Shown: positions 53,410 to 64,000 of the stretch, in pieces | Numbering within the stretch: the stretch's first letter is position 1 | Layout: each line of letters begins with the position of its first letter | Assembly: GCF_004010195.1 (NCBI RefSeq) | Contig: NC_057718.1 | Coordinates: 92,614,540 to 92,678,539, forward strand | DNA: 64,000 nt | Reading direction: 5' to 3' | Origin: Chiloscyllium plagiosum | Taxonomy: Eukaryota | The notes under the pieces: generated by a model | Databases searched by the model: none | The model's input: the letters and a program-made list of their open reading frames with translations, nothing else | What the model was told of the DNA's origin: nothing | Position numbers and translations under genes: made by a program

Positions 53410-54110
53410 CCCTGAAACAAAAATAAATATTGCTGGAAAACCTCAGTCGGTCTGGCAGCATCTGTGGTACAAAAGCAGAGTTAATCTTTCAAGTCTGATG
53501 ATTTTTCATCAAAACTGTTAGGAGATAGGAAAAAGTGGTGATGGTAGGAGAGCAGAGGGGCTGAAGTAGTCGGATAGGTGGAGATGGAGCCCAGAGAGAA
53601 AGAAATGTGAAAGGGCTCGGTAAACAAAGAGATTATGGATAGCAGGCTAGGATAGAAGAAAAGCTGAATAAAGTGATCATATAGGCTAAGAGTAGGAGAA
53701 AGTGGGTGAGCTGTACTAAATGCCACCACGTACTGTGATAATGGTGCCTTATGAATATGTGGAAATGGGTGATTGTGCTAAAAATTGCTCATGTCATAAC
53801 AGGACTAGTGTGGGTTAGGTAAAAACATGGAAGGATCAAATCAGGCTCTAAAATTTTTGAACTTGATGTTGGTCTGAGATGCTGCAGGGTCCCCAAGTGG
53901 AAAATGAGATGTTGTTCTTGCCCTGAGAGTCACTGGAACACTGCAGCAGAACTGCAACAGGATATTGGTATGGGAACGTAGTGGTGGGTTGAAGTGGCAG
54001 GCAAATGGAAGCTTGGGATCATTTCTGTGGACAGGGCGTAGGTATTCTGCAAAACAGTCACTCAGTCTGTGTTTTGTCTCTCCAGTATAGAGGAGACCAC
54101 ATTGCCCCTG
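53410..54110 (-). mobile_element. PLE 3' fragment with GIY-YIG remnant
   Basis: Minus strand QCGLLYTGETKHRLSDCFAEY (about 54040-54105; YIGET-type motif); degenerate hammerhead and arm at 53415-53515. Confidence 0.8.
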
Positions 54111-55669
54111 GTGTCTCCCTGGCCGAGTTTGGTTTGAAAAGAAAATCCCAAGATAATCATTCTGCCAGAAATGATTCTAACAGACCCACATTTATCTCCT
54201 GCAGCACACAATGATTGTCAAAAGATTTTGAAACCACCTTGTTAGTTTGAATTGCCCTATCCAGGAACCCTGTCACATGACTGAAACTTATTGATTTAAA
54301 TAGTTTTAATTGTGCTGCTCTAAAGTCTATTCTCAAACTGATTTTGTTAGCCTTGGAAGAGACAACAAGCACCTTCAGGGTCAGCTAATGTCTGCCTCTC
54401 ATCTTACATTAGGGACATCTCAATTTCCAGAAAAAATCCTGCGTTTCATCTGAACAGTGATCTAATCCCAGTTCACCAGAAATATTTTGCTACATCTTCA
54501 ACTGCATCAGAGCTCCTAGAAAAAGGATTTCTGACAGAACTACCAATTGCAAGAAGCTTCACTGGACATTGACTTACTTGATTCTAATTCTTGTGAATTC
54601 ATGCCCTTCCCTTTTTAAAAAGTTATTCATAATTGTAACTTATTTTGCTTTCTTCCTCTTCTTTCTTTTTTGTACACTTGTGTAGTGAGAATTTATTCCT
54701 GGGTTTGAATGCTTGAATATATCAAGCTTTGTTTTTAATCCTAATGAGAATCTGTACTGGATCATTTAAAAGTGAACTTCACGAACAGAGGGTCCATTTT
54801 AAAAGTGGAAATGAAAAAAACATATTTAAAAACCACCTCTATACCAGACTGAAGAGGAGGTCCATAAAATAACTTAATTCACCTCTCCCTCTTTCTTGAC
54901 AATGATCCTTAACCAAAAGTATTAAGGGAGATGGGCAAGGATGGGTAATGAAGTTAGGATTTAGATCAATCATTATCTCATGGGTTATCAGAACAGGCTT
55001 GAGGTGCTAATTGGCCTTCTCCTGTTTCAATGAGTATTCTGAGTCACTGTTGATTATTAATCAATCAACATTTTTCAATGTCCAAGGGCGAAACTCTTTA
55101 ATTTCAGAGTGTCTTTACAGGATGAGTTGCTTTTTAGGATAAACAACCTCCGTAGGTTTCATCGTAGCTGTGTTTATAATATTTGGGTTTCAAACAGCAA
55201 TCAGAAATAAATATTCATCTCTGAACTGCTTATTATAAAATACTTATTTTCCAAAATGTACAGATAAAACCAAAGCTCTCATAAAAGCTGGCTATGAAAG
55301 CCAAATATTATTGCCAATATAGTATGTAAGATGCTTATAACCTTTAGCAGAAGCAGATAGGATCAATATAACTTCCAAGTTTTCAATCATTTTCTTTGTC
55401 CATTCAAAGTCAGTATATGAATGGTAAGGAGTAATACAAACCATTTTAGAAGCCATCTTTATTAACAGTCAACTGACTGACCAATTTACAATATTAGGAA
55501 TTGTGCAGAAAGCTTTGAGGAATCTGCAATTTATATTAGCACTGAAAATTGTAATTATCTTGACATGTGGGTCTACCTTGATTCTGGGAACACCCAAACT
55601 CCTGTTAAAATGAAGAATGCTTACTTTCATATCATTTGGAAAACACATGAACCGCTGAAAAGATTTGCT

Positions 55670-57680
55670 TTTGAAGCATAGTGCGTGGCCTTGGTGTGGT
55701 CTCACTGTTATAGTGTTGTTGCAAAAATTACCTCCTTTTATATGCGATCTCACTTGCAATAGATGACAGCATTCTATTTGTGTTCCTAAATTATTTCTTA
55801 TTAAATTTTTGTGATTCATGTACATGGTCCTCCAAATGCCTTTGTATTGCTGCATTTTGCAACTCTTTCCAATTAAGTAATATTCTGCTTTTCTATTTTG
55901 TCTTGCCAAAGTGACACAACACATTTTCCTGCATTATACTCCATCTACCAAATTCTTTTTGTCAATTTACTTAAGCTATGTATGTCCTTTTGCAGCCATC
56001 TTTTTCACCATTTGTTTTTCTACCTATCTTCATATCTTCATAAAATGCAGTTGGTCCCATCAGTAATGTAATTATTATAGATTATCAATAGTTGAGGTCC
56101 AAGCATTGATACCTGTGCTATTGACGCCTGTGACAAGTTACTTTGCCATCCTGAAAGCGACCTGCTTATTCTAATCTTATTTCATGTTAGATAGCCAGTC
56201 CTCTGCCAATGCTAATATATCACCCCCAACACCATAAGCCCTTGTCTGAAGTAGTAACCTTTTATGTGTAACCTATTGAATGTCTTTTGGAAATCCACAT
56301 ATATTACATCTACTGATTTTCCTTTATCTGTTTTGTTTGATATGTTTTGACAAACAAGACTTTCTTTAGCTAAACCATATTGACTTTGCCTGATTGCATT
56401 TTGAATTTCTCAAACTTATTTAATAATGAATTCTAGAATTTTCTCAATTACTGATGTTGGGTTTATTGACCTTTTAGTTTCTGCTTTCTGTCTCCCTGAT
56501 TTCTTGGATAATGGCCATGCATTCTCGGTTTTCCAATTTGATATGAGGTTTACAAAATCTAAGGACTTTTAGAATAATGCACTCTTGGAAGGATGTTGTG
56601 AAACTTGAAAGGGTTCAGAAACAATTTACAAGGATGTTGCCAGGGTTTGAGGATTTGAGCTATAAGGAGAAGTTGAATAGGCTGGGGCTGTTTTCCCTGG
56701 AGACTGAGGGGTGACCTAATAGAGGTTTATAAAATCATGAAGGGCATGGATAGGATAAATAGACAAAGTTTTTTTCCCCTGGGATGGGGGAGTCCAGAAC
56801 TAGAAGGCATAGGTTTACGGTGAGAGGGGAAAGATATAAAATAGATCTAAGGGACAAACTTTTCAAGCAGAGGGTGGTGCGTGTGTGGAAGAAGCTACCA
56901 GAAGAAGTGGTGGAGGCTGGTACAATTGCAACATTTGAAAGGCATCTGGATAGGTATATGAATAGGAAAGGTTTGGAGGGATCTGGGCCGGGTGCTGGCA
57001 GGTGGGACTAGATTGGGTTGGGATATCTGGTCGACATGGACAAGTTGGACTGAAGGGTCTATTTCCATGCTGTATATCTCTTTGACTCTAACTCTGCAGC
57101 CATTTCTTTTAATGTTTAATGGACACAGTCCATCAAGTCCAGGTGACTTGTTTGTCTTATTGCCCACTACTTTTCCTATGTCTGTTTCTTGAGTGCTAAT
57201 GATTGTTTTAAATACCTTGCTCCCTTTTAAACTTTTGGTTTTCTTATATTTTTGTAATGTTTACTACTGCAAAGGCAGATACAAAGTACTTGTTCAAAGC
57301 CCCTGCCATTACTTTCTTTCTCATCATTAGTTCCCCCAGCCTCAACCGCTAAGAAACCAGCACTTACCTTAGTTCCTTTTATGTACTTGTAGAGATTTTA
57401 CAGTCCATTTTTACCTTTTTTGACTGTTTCCATCTCATGCTCCAATTTTCTTAGGGACCATTTGGGAAAGTTTTAGGTAGCAGAAATCTTCGGATCAACC
57501 ACTTATCCTCCCAGAGTTGTATGTCTCCCTTTTCTGTCAATGTGACGCCACCTTTAACTTCCTTCATTAGCCCAGGAATGTTCACCCTGATCATGGATTC
57601 CTTCTTCCTCAACATACTCCATAAATCATCATGGACTAAACGAATATCTCCTCAAACGTCTGTCTGCCGACTAGAAAACT
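55670..57680 (-). mobile_element. Old CR1-type LINE fragment
   Basis: Minus remnants KSPGLDGL, VRPHQ, NRKAEYYL; split by a younger + strand copy. Confidence 0.75.
56586..57093 (+). mobile_element. Young CR1/HER1-type LINE 3' end nested in an older LINE
   Basis: ESRTRRHRFTVRGERYKIDLRDKLFKQRVVRVW...; tail tgactctaactct. Confidence 0.92.
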
Positions 57681-57989
57681 TATCACAAGCGAAGGAAATA
57701 TGGAGTCGCCCCCCTCCCTCGCCTCTTAATGGCTAAAGACTGTAGCTCTCCTCGAGAATCTCCTTTTTTGTTACCTTGACGGCTGAATGGGCAGACAAAC
57801 CCTGCTTAGGGAAGGTACGGCGTTGACAGTTTAATTACATTCACTGCCCCAGAAAGATGCCAAGTTCATTAAAGGAGAGATTGAGCGTGAACTTCACGCC
57901 ATAGAATACAGTGCAAATGACCCCAGAATATACAGGAAGCATGTACACATTAAAAAATAATTCGAGAACTCTTATTCAAAGGTGATCCT

Positions 57990-58380
57990 TTCAGACCAAG
58001 GTTTTGGGTTAAATCGCTGTTATACCTATTTCCAAATGCACTATTTTTTTTTCGCTGGCTTTCAGAATAATGTGAGCCTGCAAATAAAACTTTATGAAAG
58101 CGAAGATAGCTGCCGTTGACCTATTAATTGCAAACTGAATGGGCTGAGGAGGGGTCAAATTGCACTTCACTACTGGACAGCAAAATAGACCTGTCACGTT
58201 TGGGCTGCAGAGATTCCTTTGAAGTAACAAGTGCAATCCTTTTAACAAAGTGGATCATGAGAGAGAATAAAATTATTACTGATTGTTCGGATTTGACTAC
58301 AATTAACCCGCGCGCACTTTAATCTTCATTAACAAGGTGTTGGGCTGGAACGCATTCACAGCAGCTCGACGCCTTATTAG
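57990..58380. promoter_or_regulatory. Candidate conserved non-coding enhancer
   Basis: Repeat-free block dense in homeodomain cores (tattaatt, caattaa), tttatg, caagtg/cactt and tgacc motifs; conservation not verified. Confidence 0.4.
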
Positions 58381-58834
58381 TTGGGTATTTCTAGATTATC
58401 GAGTCTTCAGGTACGTCTCATAAAAATATTACAACGAAACACTCTTGCAGCATTTCCAAGTGTGCAAGGGTTGAAGCGATATTATTGGGTCGATTGGAAA
58501 GGTAGTGGATATCAAAGCCTTTTCAGTTCGAGTGAGAGTTTTCCACGACCCAATATCAAGTTTTCATCTAGCGCCCTTTTAGCCGACAGCTTTCTCTCTG
58601 ACTATCTTTTAGGAGTTGGTCCGGGGTAGACTTTTGTCTGCACGTTATAAGAGCAGATGTTTTATGTTTTATAAGAGCAAATATGGCGATACATCCAAAT
58701 CAAGTCTTACTGTGTTCCAGTTAAGCGTTTTTTTTCAAAAGGTAATATTGTGTCTTTGTTGTACGCTTTGCATAAATCTGTAAAATTGACGCTAATGCAC
58801 TCCTTTAAAAAAAAATAAAAGTATCCCAGGATTG

Positions 58835-59415
58835 TCAGAGTCAGAGATGTACAGCATGGAAACAGACCCTTCGGTCCAACCCGTCCATGCCGACCAGATA
58901 TCCCAATCTAGTTCCACCTGCCAGCACCCGGCCCATATCCCTCCAAACCCTTCCTGTTCACATACCCATCCAGATGCCTTTTAAATGTTGCAATTGTACC
59001 AGTCTCCACCACTTCCACTGGCAGCCCAGAGCGGCATGGTGGCTCAGTGGTTAGCACTACTGCCTCACAGCACCAGGGCCCCGGGTTCAATTCCCGACTC
59101 GCAGAGTGGAGTTTGCACATTCTCCCCCTGTCTGCGTTGGGTTCCTCCTACAGTCACAAAGATGTGCAGGTTAGGTGAATTGGCCAAGCTAGTGTTAGGG
59201 GTAAATGTAGGGGAATGGTCTGGGTGGGTTGCTCTTCGGAAGGTCGGTATGGACTTGTTGGGCCGAAGGGCCTGTTTCCAAACTGTAGGGAATGTAATCT
59301 AATCATACACGTACCACACTCTGCGTGAAAAAAGTTGCCTCTTAGGTTTCTTTTATATATTTCCCCTCTCACCCTAAACCTATGCCTTCGGGTTCTAGAC
59401 TCCCGCACTCCAGGG
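58835..59415 (-). mobile_element. CR1/HER1-type LINE 3' end with nested SINE
   Basis: Reverse complement of the 45500-45826 type sequence, interrupted at about 59026-59303. Confidence 0.9.
59026..59303 (+). mobile_element. HE1-type SINE
   Basis: ggtggctcagtggttagcac / gggttcaattccc; tail gtaatctaatc. Confidence 0.9.
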
Positions 59416-61824
59416 AGATTGTGTTCTGCAAAAATACTTCCAGACTTCTAGAAACTCTTGGAATTTTGCTAAATGAAACGAGAGAGCCAACGTATTTGTG
59501 TGTTGAATAATAGGAACAATCCAAAACACCTCTACAACCTAAACTGTGCCCATTCTAAATAGGTCATACACAGCTCCTTCTTGCAAGTGGGCGATGGAGA
59601 TGGCTGTTAAAATGGACTGGATTCGAACGATATAAATACGTCAAAGATACGATTTCTGCGAATGAGAATGAATCTGCTTCCCTCCTGCCTTCTCCGTGAG
59701 CTACATATGTAGCAAGCCCGGCTCGTTGGTGGAGAGCTGTTGCTGTATCCTCCAGGAAGGTTCACATTATACAAGTTATTACATTTCTGGAAATGAGATT
59801 CTCGGGGGGGGAAGAACCGATCATATTTTAGAAAATCAGGAAATAAAAAATACAGGTTAGATTTCTCTCTCTCCAGGCTGTTAGCTTTTCCAACTTACCC
59901 TGGGTTTTGCCAACCCTCGCAGGACAGAACAATATTGGGAAGATTCAGGGGAGGTGGTAGAACCAGATAGGACTGCAACGTTTAAGAGGCTTTTAAACAC
60001 GAACAGGCAGAGAATAAAGGGGGAAAAGACTACGTGGAGGCAGATGCGATTAGTTTAGAATGGCATCGTGGTCGGAATAGTCGTGGTGGGCCGAAGGGCC
60101 TGATCTTGCACTGTGCTGTTTTATGTTCACAGCCGAGGATAATCTGTAAGCAAAGTTGAAAGGGTTTTAAAAACGTCAGTGGTTGTATCCCTACCTCTTG
60201 AGTCAGGAGTCCTAAGGTTTAACTCCTACCTGCTCTCTAAACATATGGATTCGAAATTATTTATAAGGATAATGCCCGTCGTTGGAATTATGTTAGGTTT
60301 ACAAATCCAGGTGGCGTTGATAATAATCTTAATGAGAGTTTGGGTTTTTATTTGTATTTATACATGGATTTCGTTTATAAAATAATATCTACAGGCTCTA
60401 TTTATGAAAATAACGTTTCAGTTGTCAGCTATTAGTTGGGGCGTGGTGGGGAAGGGAGTTAACTTGCTTCATTCGGTTGGGAAAGCTGTGGGTCTGAGCC
60501 AATATTGGGGTTTGGGGGCGGTGGGGGTGAAAGTTGGTTGGTGTAAACTGCAGAATGCGGCCCCAGTCACTTCATGTAGGATTTGTACCACTGCGTTTCA
60601 AACCAACCAACTATTTCCCCAACGCATTATAAACAACTTCTGGACGGCACCTCCTTTAAGAGCAATCCAGAACTTCAGACCTGATTTCTATAAATTTGCA
60701 GAGATTATTTTGTAGGAAGCAATGTGTGACGTAAGTTGTTTACTTAAAAATTCACTAACCCAGCACGTAACTTGATGAATGTATTATGTATCGGTCGCAC
60801 TTTCTAAATAAGGAATACTCCCTTTCTAGCAAGTGTACTCTTTGCATTCTGTGTTATTACCAGTGACAAGAAGTCAAAATCCTGAACTGCAGCACTTGAC
60901 CTCAAACTGTCATTTTAACATGTCAATTCAAGGACTTTCTGCAGTTTTATTTCGTTCTACGTATTCCCACTTCGATGCAATTGTTAATTCGTCCGATATG
61001 ACATATTGACCAGAAAATCAGAAGGGGGAAATCACCAAACTGGCAAAGTTTGGTTTCATTTGGTGTAAAAATGTCCCTCCCGTTCAAGGGATAACCCAAG
61101 CCTTCACCTGGTTATTACCGTAAAGTTCCTTCCCTTCAATGTCTCTCCTACATTGTTGACTCCATCTAAACTTTCCACCAGATTGGCGGAGATCTTGCTA
61201 TTATTGAACGCAGAACCGTTACGTTGGTCGGTGATGGAAACATAATGATGAAAGTGAATTTCTTTAAACCCTATTTAGACCGAAACCAAACGCAAAAAGT
61301 GTGCTTCCTAACAGTGGGCTGAATCGGTAGTTACAGGTCAGGCAGAATCGTGAAGAAAAATGTCAATTCTCTTGCATTTGGATTGTGCATATTTTTGTGC
61401 AGTATTTGATAAGCACGGTACATGCAACTGAGTGGGGATGCATCATCGTATAACCAACTTTGTTCTGTCTTGCATCGTCCTGTGTTGTAAATTTTCGATG
61501 AAGGTGGAAGGGGGTTAATTCTGGAAAACGGGGGTCAAGTTCACTGAAATATATCTCCACTTAGTCAGCTTCCGAGAAGTCATGTCATCTCGCCCACTCT
61601 AACTCCATCTGCTGTGTTAGAAAACTCTATCCATTCGCAAGCACAGAAATCAAATCTAGCCTCTGAGGACATTTCCTGGGGTTCAAATCATTCTGCAGGG
61701 CTATTCAGACCTTTTATTCAGATTCAATTCAAATCAGAGTAACCTTCTGCTCTCTCGTTGACACTTTTCACTTCTTCCCGAGATATTTCCAAGACACCTC
61801 ACGCTCCCTCCCAAAACAAAAGTC

Positions 61825-61945
61825 TGTTGCAGAAACAAAAGTTGTTGGAAAATCTCAGCAGGTTTGGCAGCATCTTGCTGAGCTTTTCCTGCAATTTCTG
61901 TTTTTGATTTTGATTTACGGCGTTGGCAGTTAGTTCGGTTTTTTA
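61825..61945. mobile_element. Collapsed palindromic PLE-type remnant
   Basis: cagaaacaaaagttgttggaaaatctcagca...tgctgagcttttcctgcaatttctg arms; central hammerhead part deleted. Confidence 0.6.
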
Positions 61946-62135
61946 AAGTGCTGCATTTGAAAACTGATGGCCAACCAATCCCCCCTTATCTGACAGCGTC
62001 TTGGGAATCCACTTCTGGTCTTAATCGTTCTTAAAGTCTCTTGTGCCTTGTTGGCTGTGTCCCTTGTCCTTTCAGGGATAAATTAGGCGTGAGGATAAAA
62101 CAGACTTCACCTGCCCTCTTTTACATCAAATAGAT

Positions 62136-62174
62136 ACAACCACACATGACAGGTTCTTTATCCAAATGTTTAAT
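62136..62174 (-). terminator. Candidate minus-strand polyadenylation site
   Basis: ATTAAA (62174-62169) followed about 23 nt later by GU-rich TGTGTGGTTGT (62146-62136). Confidence 0.45.
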
Positions 62175-64000
62175 GCAAGATTGTTGAACTGATAATTGTT
62201 CTTTTATATAAAAAGAAGCAAACAATAAGCCTCTGCCTGAATGCCATCTCAAGGTTTAGTGTTCATAAATGTTAGCAATAGAGTCGCCACAATGCAATCG
62301 CCTGTAGTTTGTTTGAAAGGAGGTTGGAAGTGGTGGATGTGGAAGATAATTTGCCTGATCGTCCTTTACCTAAGACGTGGGACCCCACGTCTGGCGAAAC
62401 CTGCAACTCATTCCTCGTTTTGCAGGCTCTGTTTATGTTGGTTGTGTGTCGCGAATACAGCTCAGAGTCATCCATCTCACGCTATCGCCTTTTGGTTATC
62501 GGAGAAAGACGCCCACGGAGCAGGCAGTATCAGAAATGCCAACAGTTCCAAGGAACGGTGCATTTAGACGCCAAAGCAAGTATTATAGGCAGAACACCAA
62601 ATAATGATACATCGGAAGCTGAACGTGGTTGGAGTACAGCTCCCTTGACACCTCTGCGCCGATATAAAGGTTAAGGAGCGATGCTTTCCATTTTGTCTTC
62701 AGACACAAAAGCATTTGGAAGTCTAATTTGAATGTATATTAGGTCGAGTTGGGAACGCGCGTTTGCTTTACGATTTGCCCTTCCAAATCGACGAGGTATA
62801 TTTACAATGAGGCATTTTTATATAAAGAAACTCCCCCCCCCCCCTCACAAATTATAATAAGCAAATGCATTCGAGATTTGTGGAGAACGTTCGTCTTTTG
62901 AGGATAAGGCAATCAATTGAGAGAGGAGAGAAAAACCCATTCACCTGCAGCAGCCTTTAGGAAATTACTTCTGTTAAATGTGACAGGAAACCAAAATTTT
63001 ACATATCTCACAGAGGCTATTCCCAGAACATCGAAATGACTCAATGAGGTCCACCCCGGGTGAAAGTTTGACCGATGTGGAGTGCCCTAGGTTTTAAGAA
63101 GTTTCTTTTGCCCATTGTGAAGCTAGTTGGAGTTCAACACTATTGAGAGAACAAACGGATTGAGCTGCTCGCCCGTGGGGCCTCCCAATCAATGTCACAA
63201 GTACCTTTTTGCCTGGAATTGGTTTATTAATCATTTAAGCGAACAATTAAAATAGCGTTTAAACGCTGCCACACAGGATCTGGAATCAATGTATTATTTG
63301 ATCGTTTTCTTTTACCTGACAGAATGAGAAGAACAAAAAAATCCGCGCGCTTATTTTAAAGCAAAATAAATATTTCGAACGAATTTCTGCTCCAGACGCG
63401 TTCATTTCTAGGCTTTTGAAACCTCGTGAAGACAGACCGAGCAGCTCAGCTATAGACTCATTCTCATCTAAATGAAGGCAGTCAGAACGTTTGCAGGTCA
63501 ACAGGCAGGGGTGTTATTATTGAGCCCTCCCTTGTTCAATCGAAAGAGACAGCACTCAGTACTGCAGTCATAGCTGGTGCCTTGCGGAAAATGTAAGGTA
63601 CAGTCCCCGACGCTGAGACGCGGATGGGCGGCAACGGTTAGCCGCCGATCATGTTCAGGTCAATATGCGCGATCATAACGGCGCTTCTCTCTCTCTCTCT
63701 CTTTGGTGTTTTAATCAGATTTCAATTCCCAGGAATTTGGAAGATTCCGCCTGTTCGGAATCCATGCAGTTTTCGCATTGGAATTTGCGAAGAGAGAACA
63801 AAAAAAAAATTAACGGAGTGAAATAGGAACAACATTTCAACAATTTTGCAACCAGCTAATTCCGCCCTGTGTGCATTTAGCGATTTCAGGAGTTTATTTT
63901 ACAACCGATCGATAGTGTAATAAAATGACTTTTTTTTCTATTCTAACAGTGTGCGAGAGTATGCATTCGATCAAAAATACAACTTCAATTATTTTTTTTT

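Noticed and set aside
62241..62674. Overlapping 108-aa and 121-aa + strand ORFs considered as NKX2-4 or a novel gene
   Set aside because: No homeodomain, TN or NK2-SD motif and no recognisable domain; lengths are compatible with chance.

Overview
Vertebrate genomic DNA, very likely from a shark or other elasmobranch, judged from HE1-type SINEs and HER1/CR1-type LINEs. The only host protein-coding content I can support is the 3' part of XRN2 (5'-3' exoribonuclease 2) on the + strand. It has ten GT-AG exons from 6439 to the stop codon at 38085-38087, with phases that join without a break into about 303 C-terminal residues ending ...YPLPPDSGRYSWN*. The rest is intron and intergenic DNA full of CR1/L2/RTE LINE fragments, tRNA-derived SINEs and Penelope-like element (PLE) remnants (RT and GIY-YIG fragments). 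The most striking structure is a set of short (about 100-210 bp), often palindromic PLE-derived inserts from at least three sequence families. They carry minimal hammerhead-ribozyme cores (CUGANGA-helix II-GAAA-N-UH), several have 11-16 bp target-site duplications, and one is a perfect 81-bp-arm hairpin. From about 57.5 kb the sequence becomes CpG-rich and repeat-poorer. This part holds enhancer-like blocks and a minus-strand poly(A) site, consistent by human synteny with the approach to NKX2-4, although no homeobox is inside the window. Repeat boundaries are approximate.
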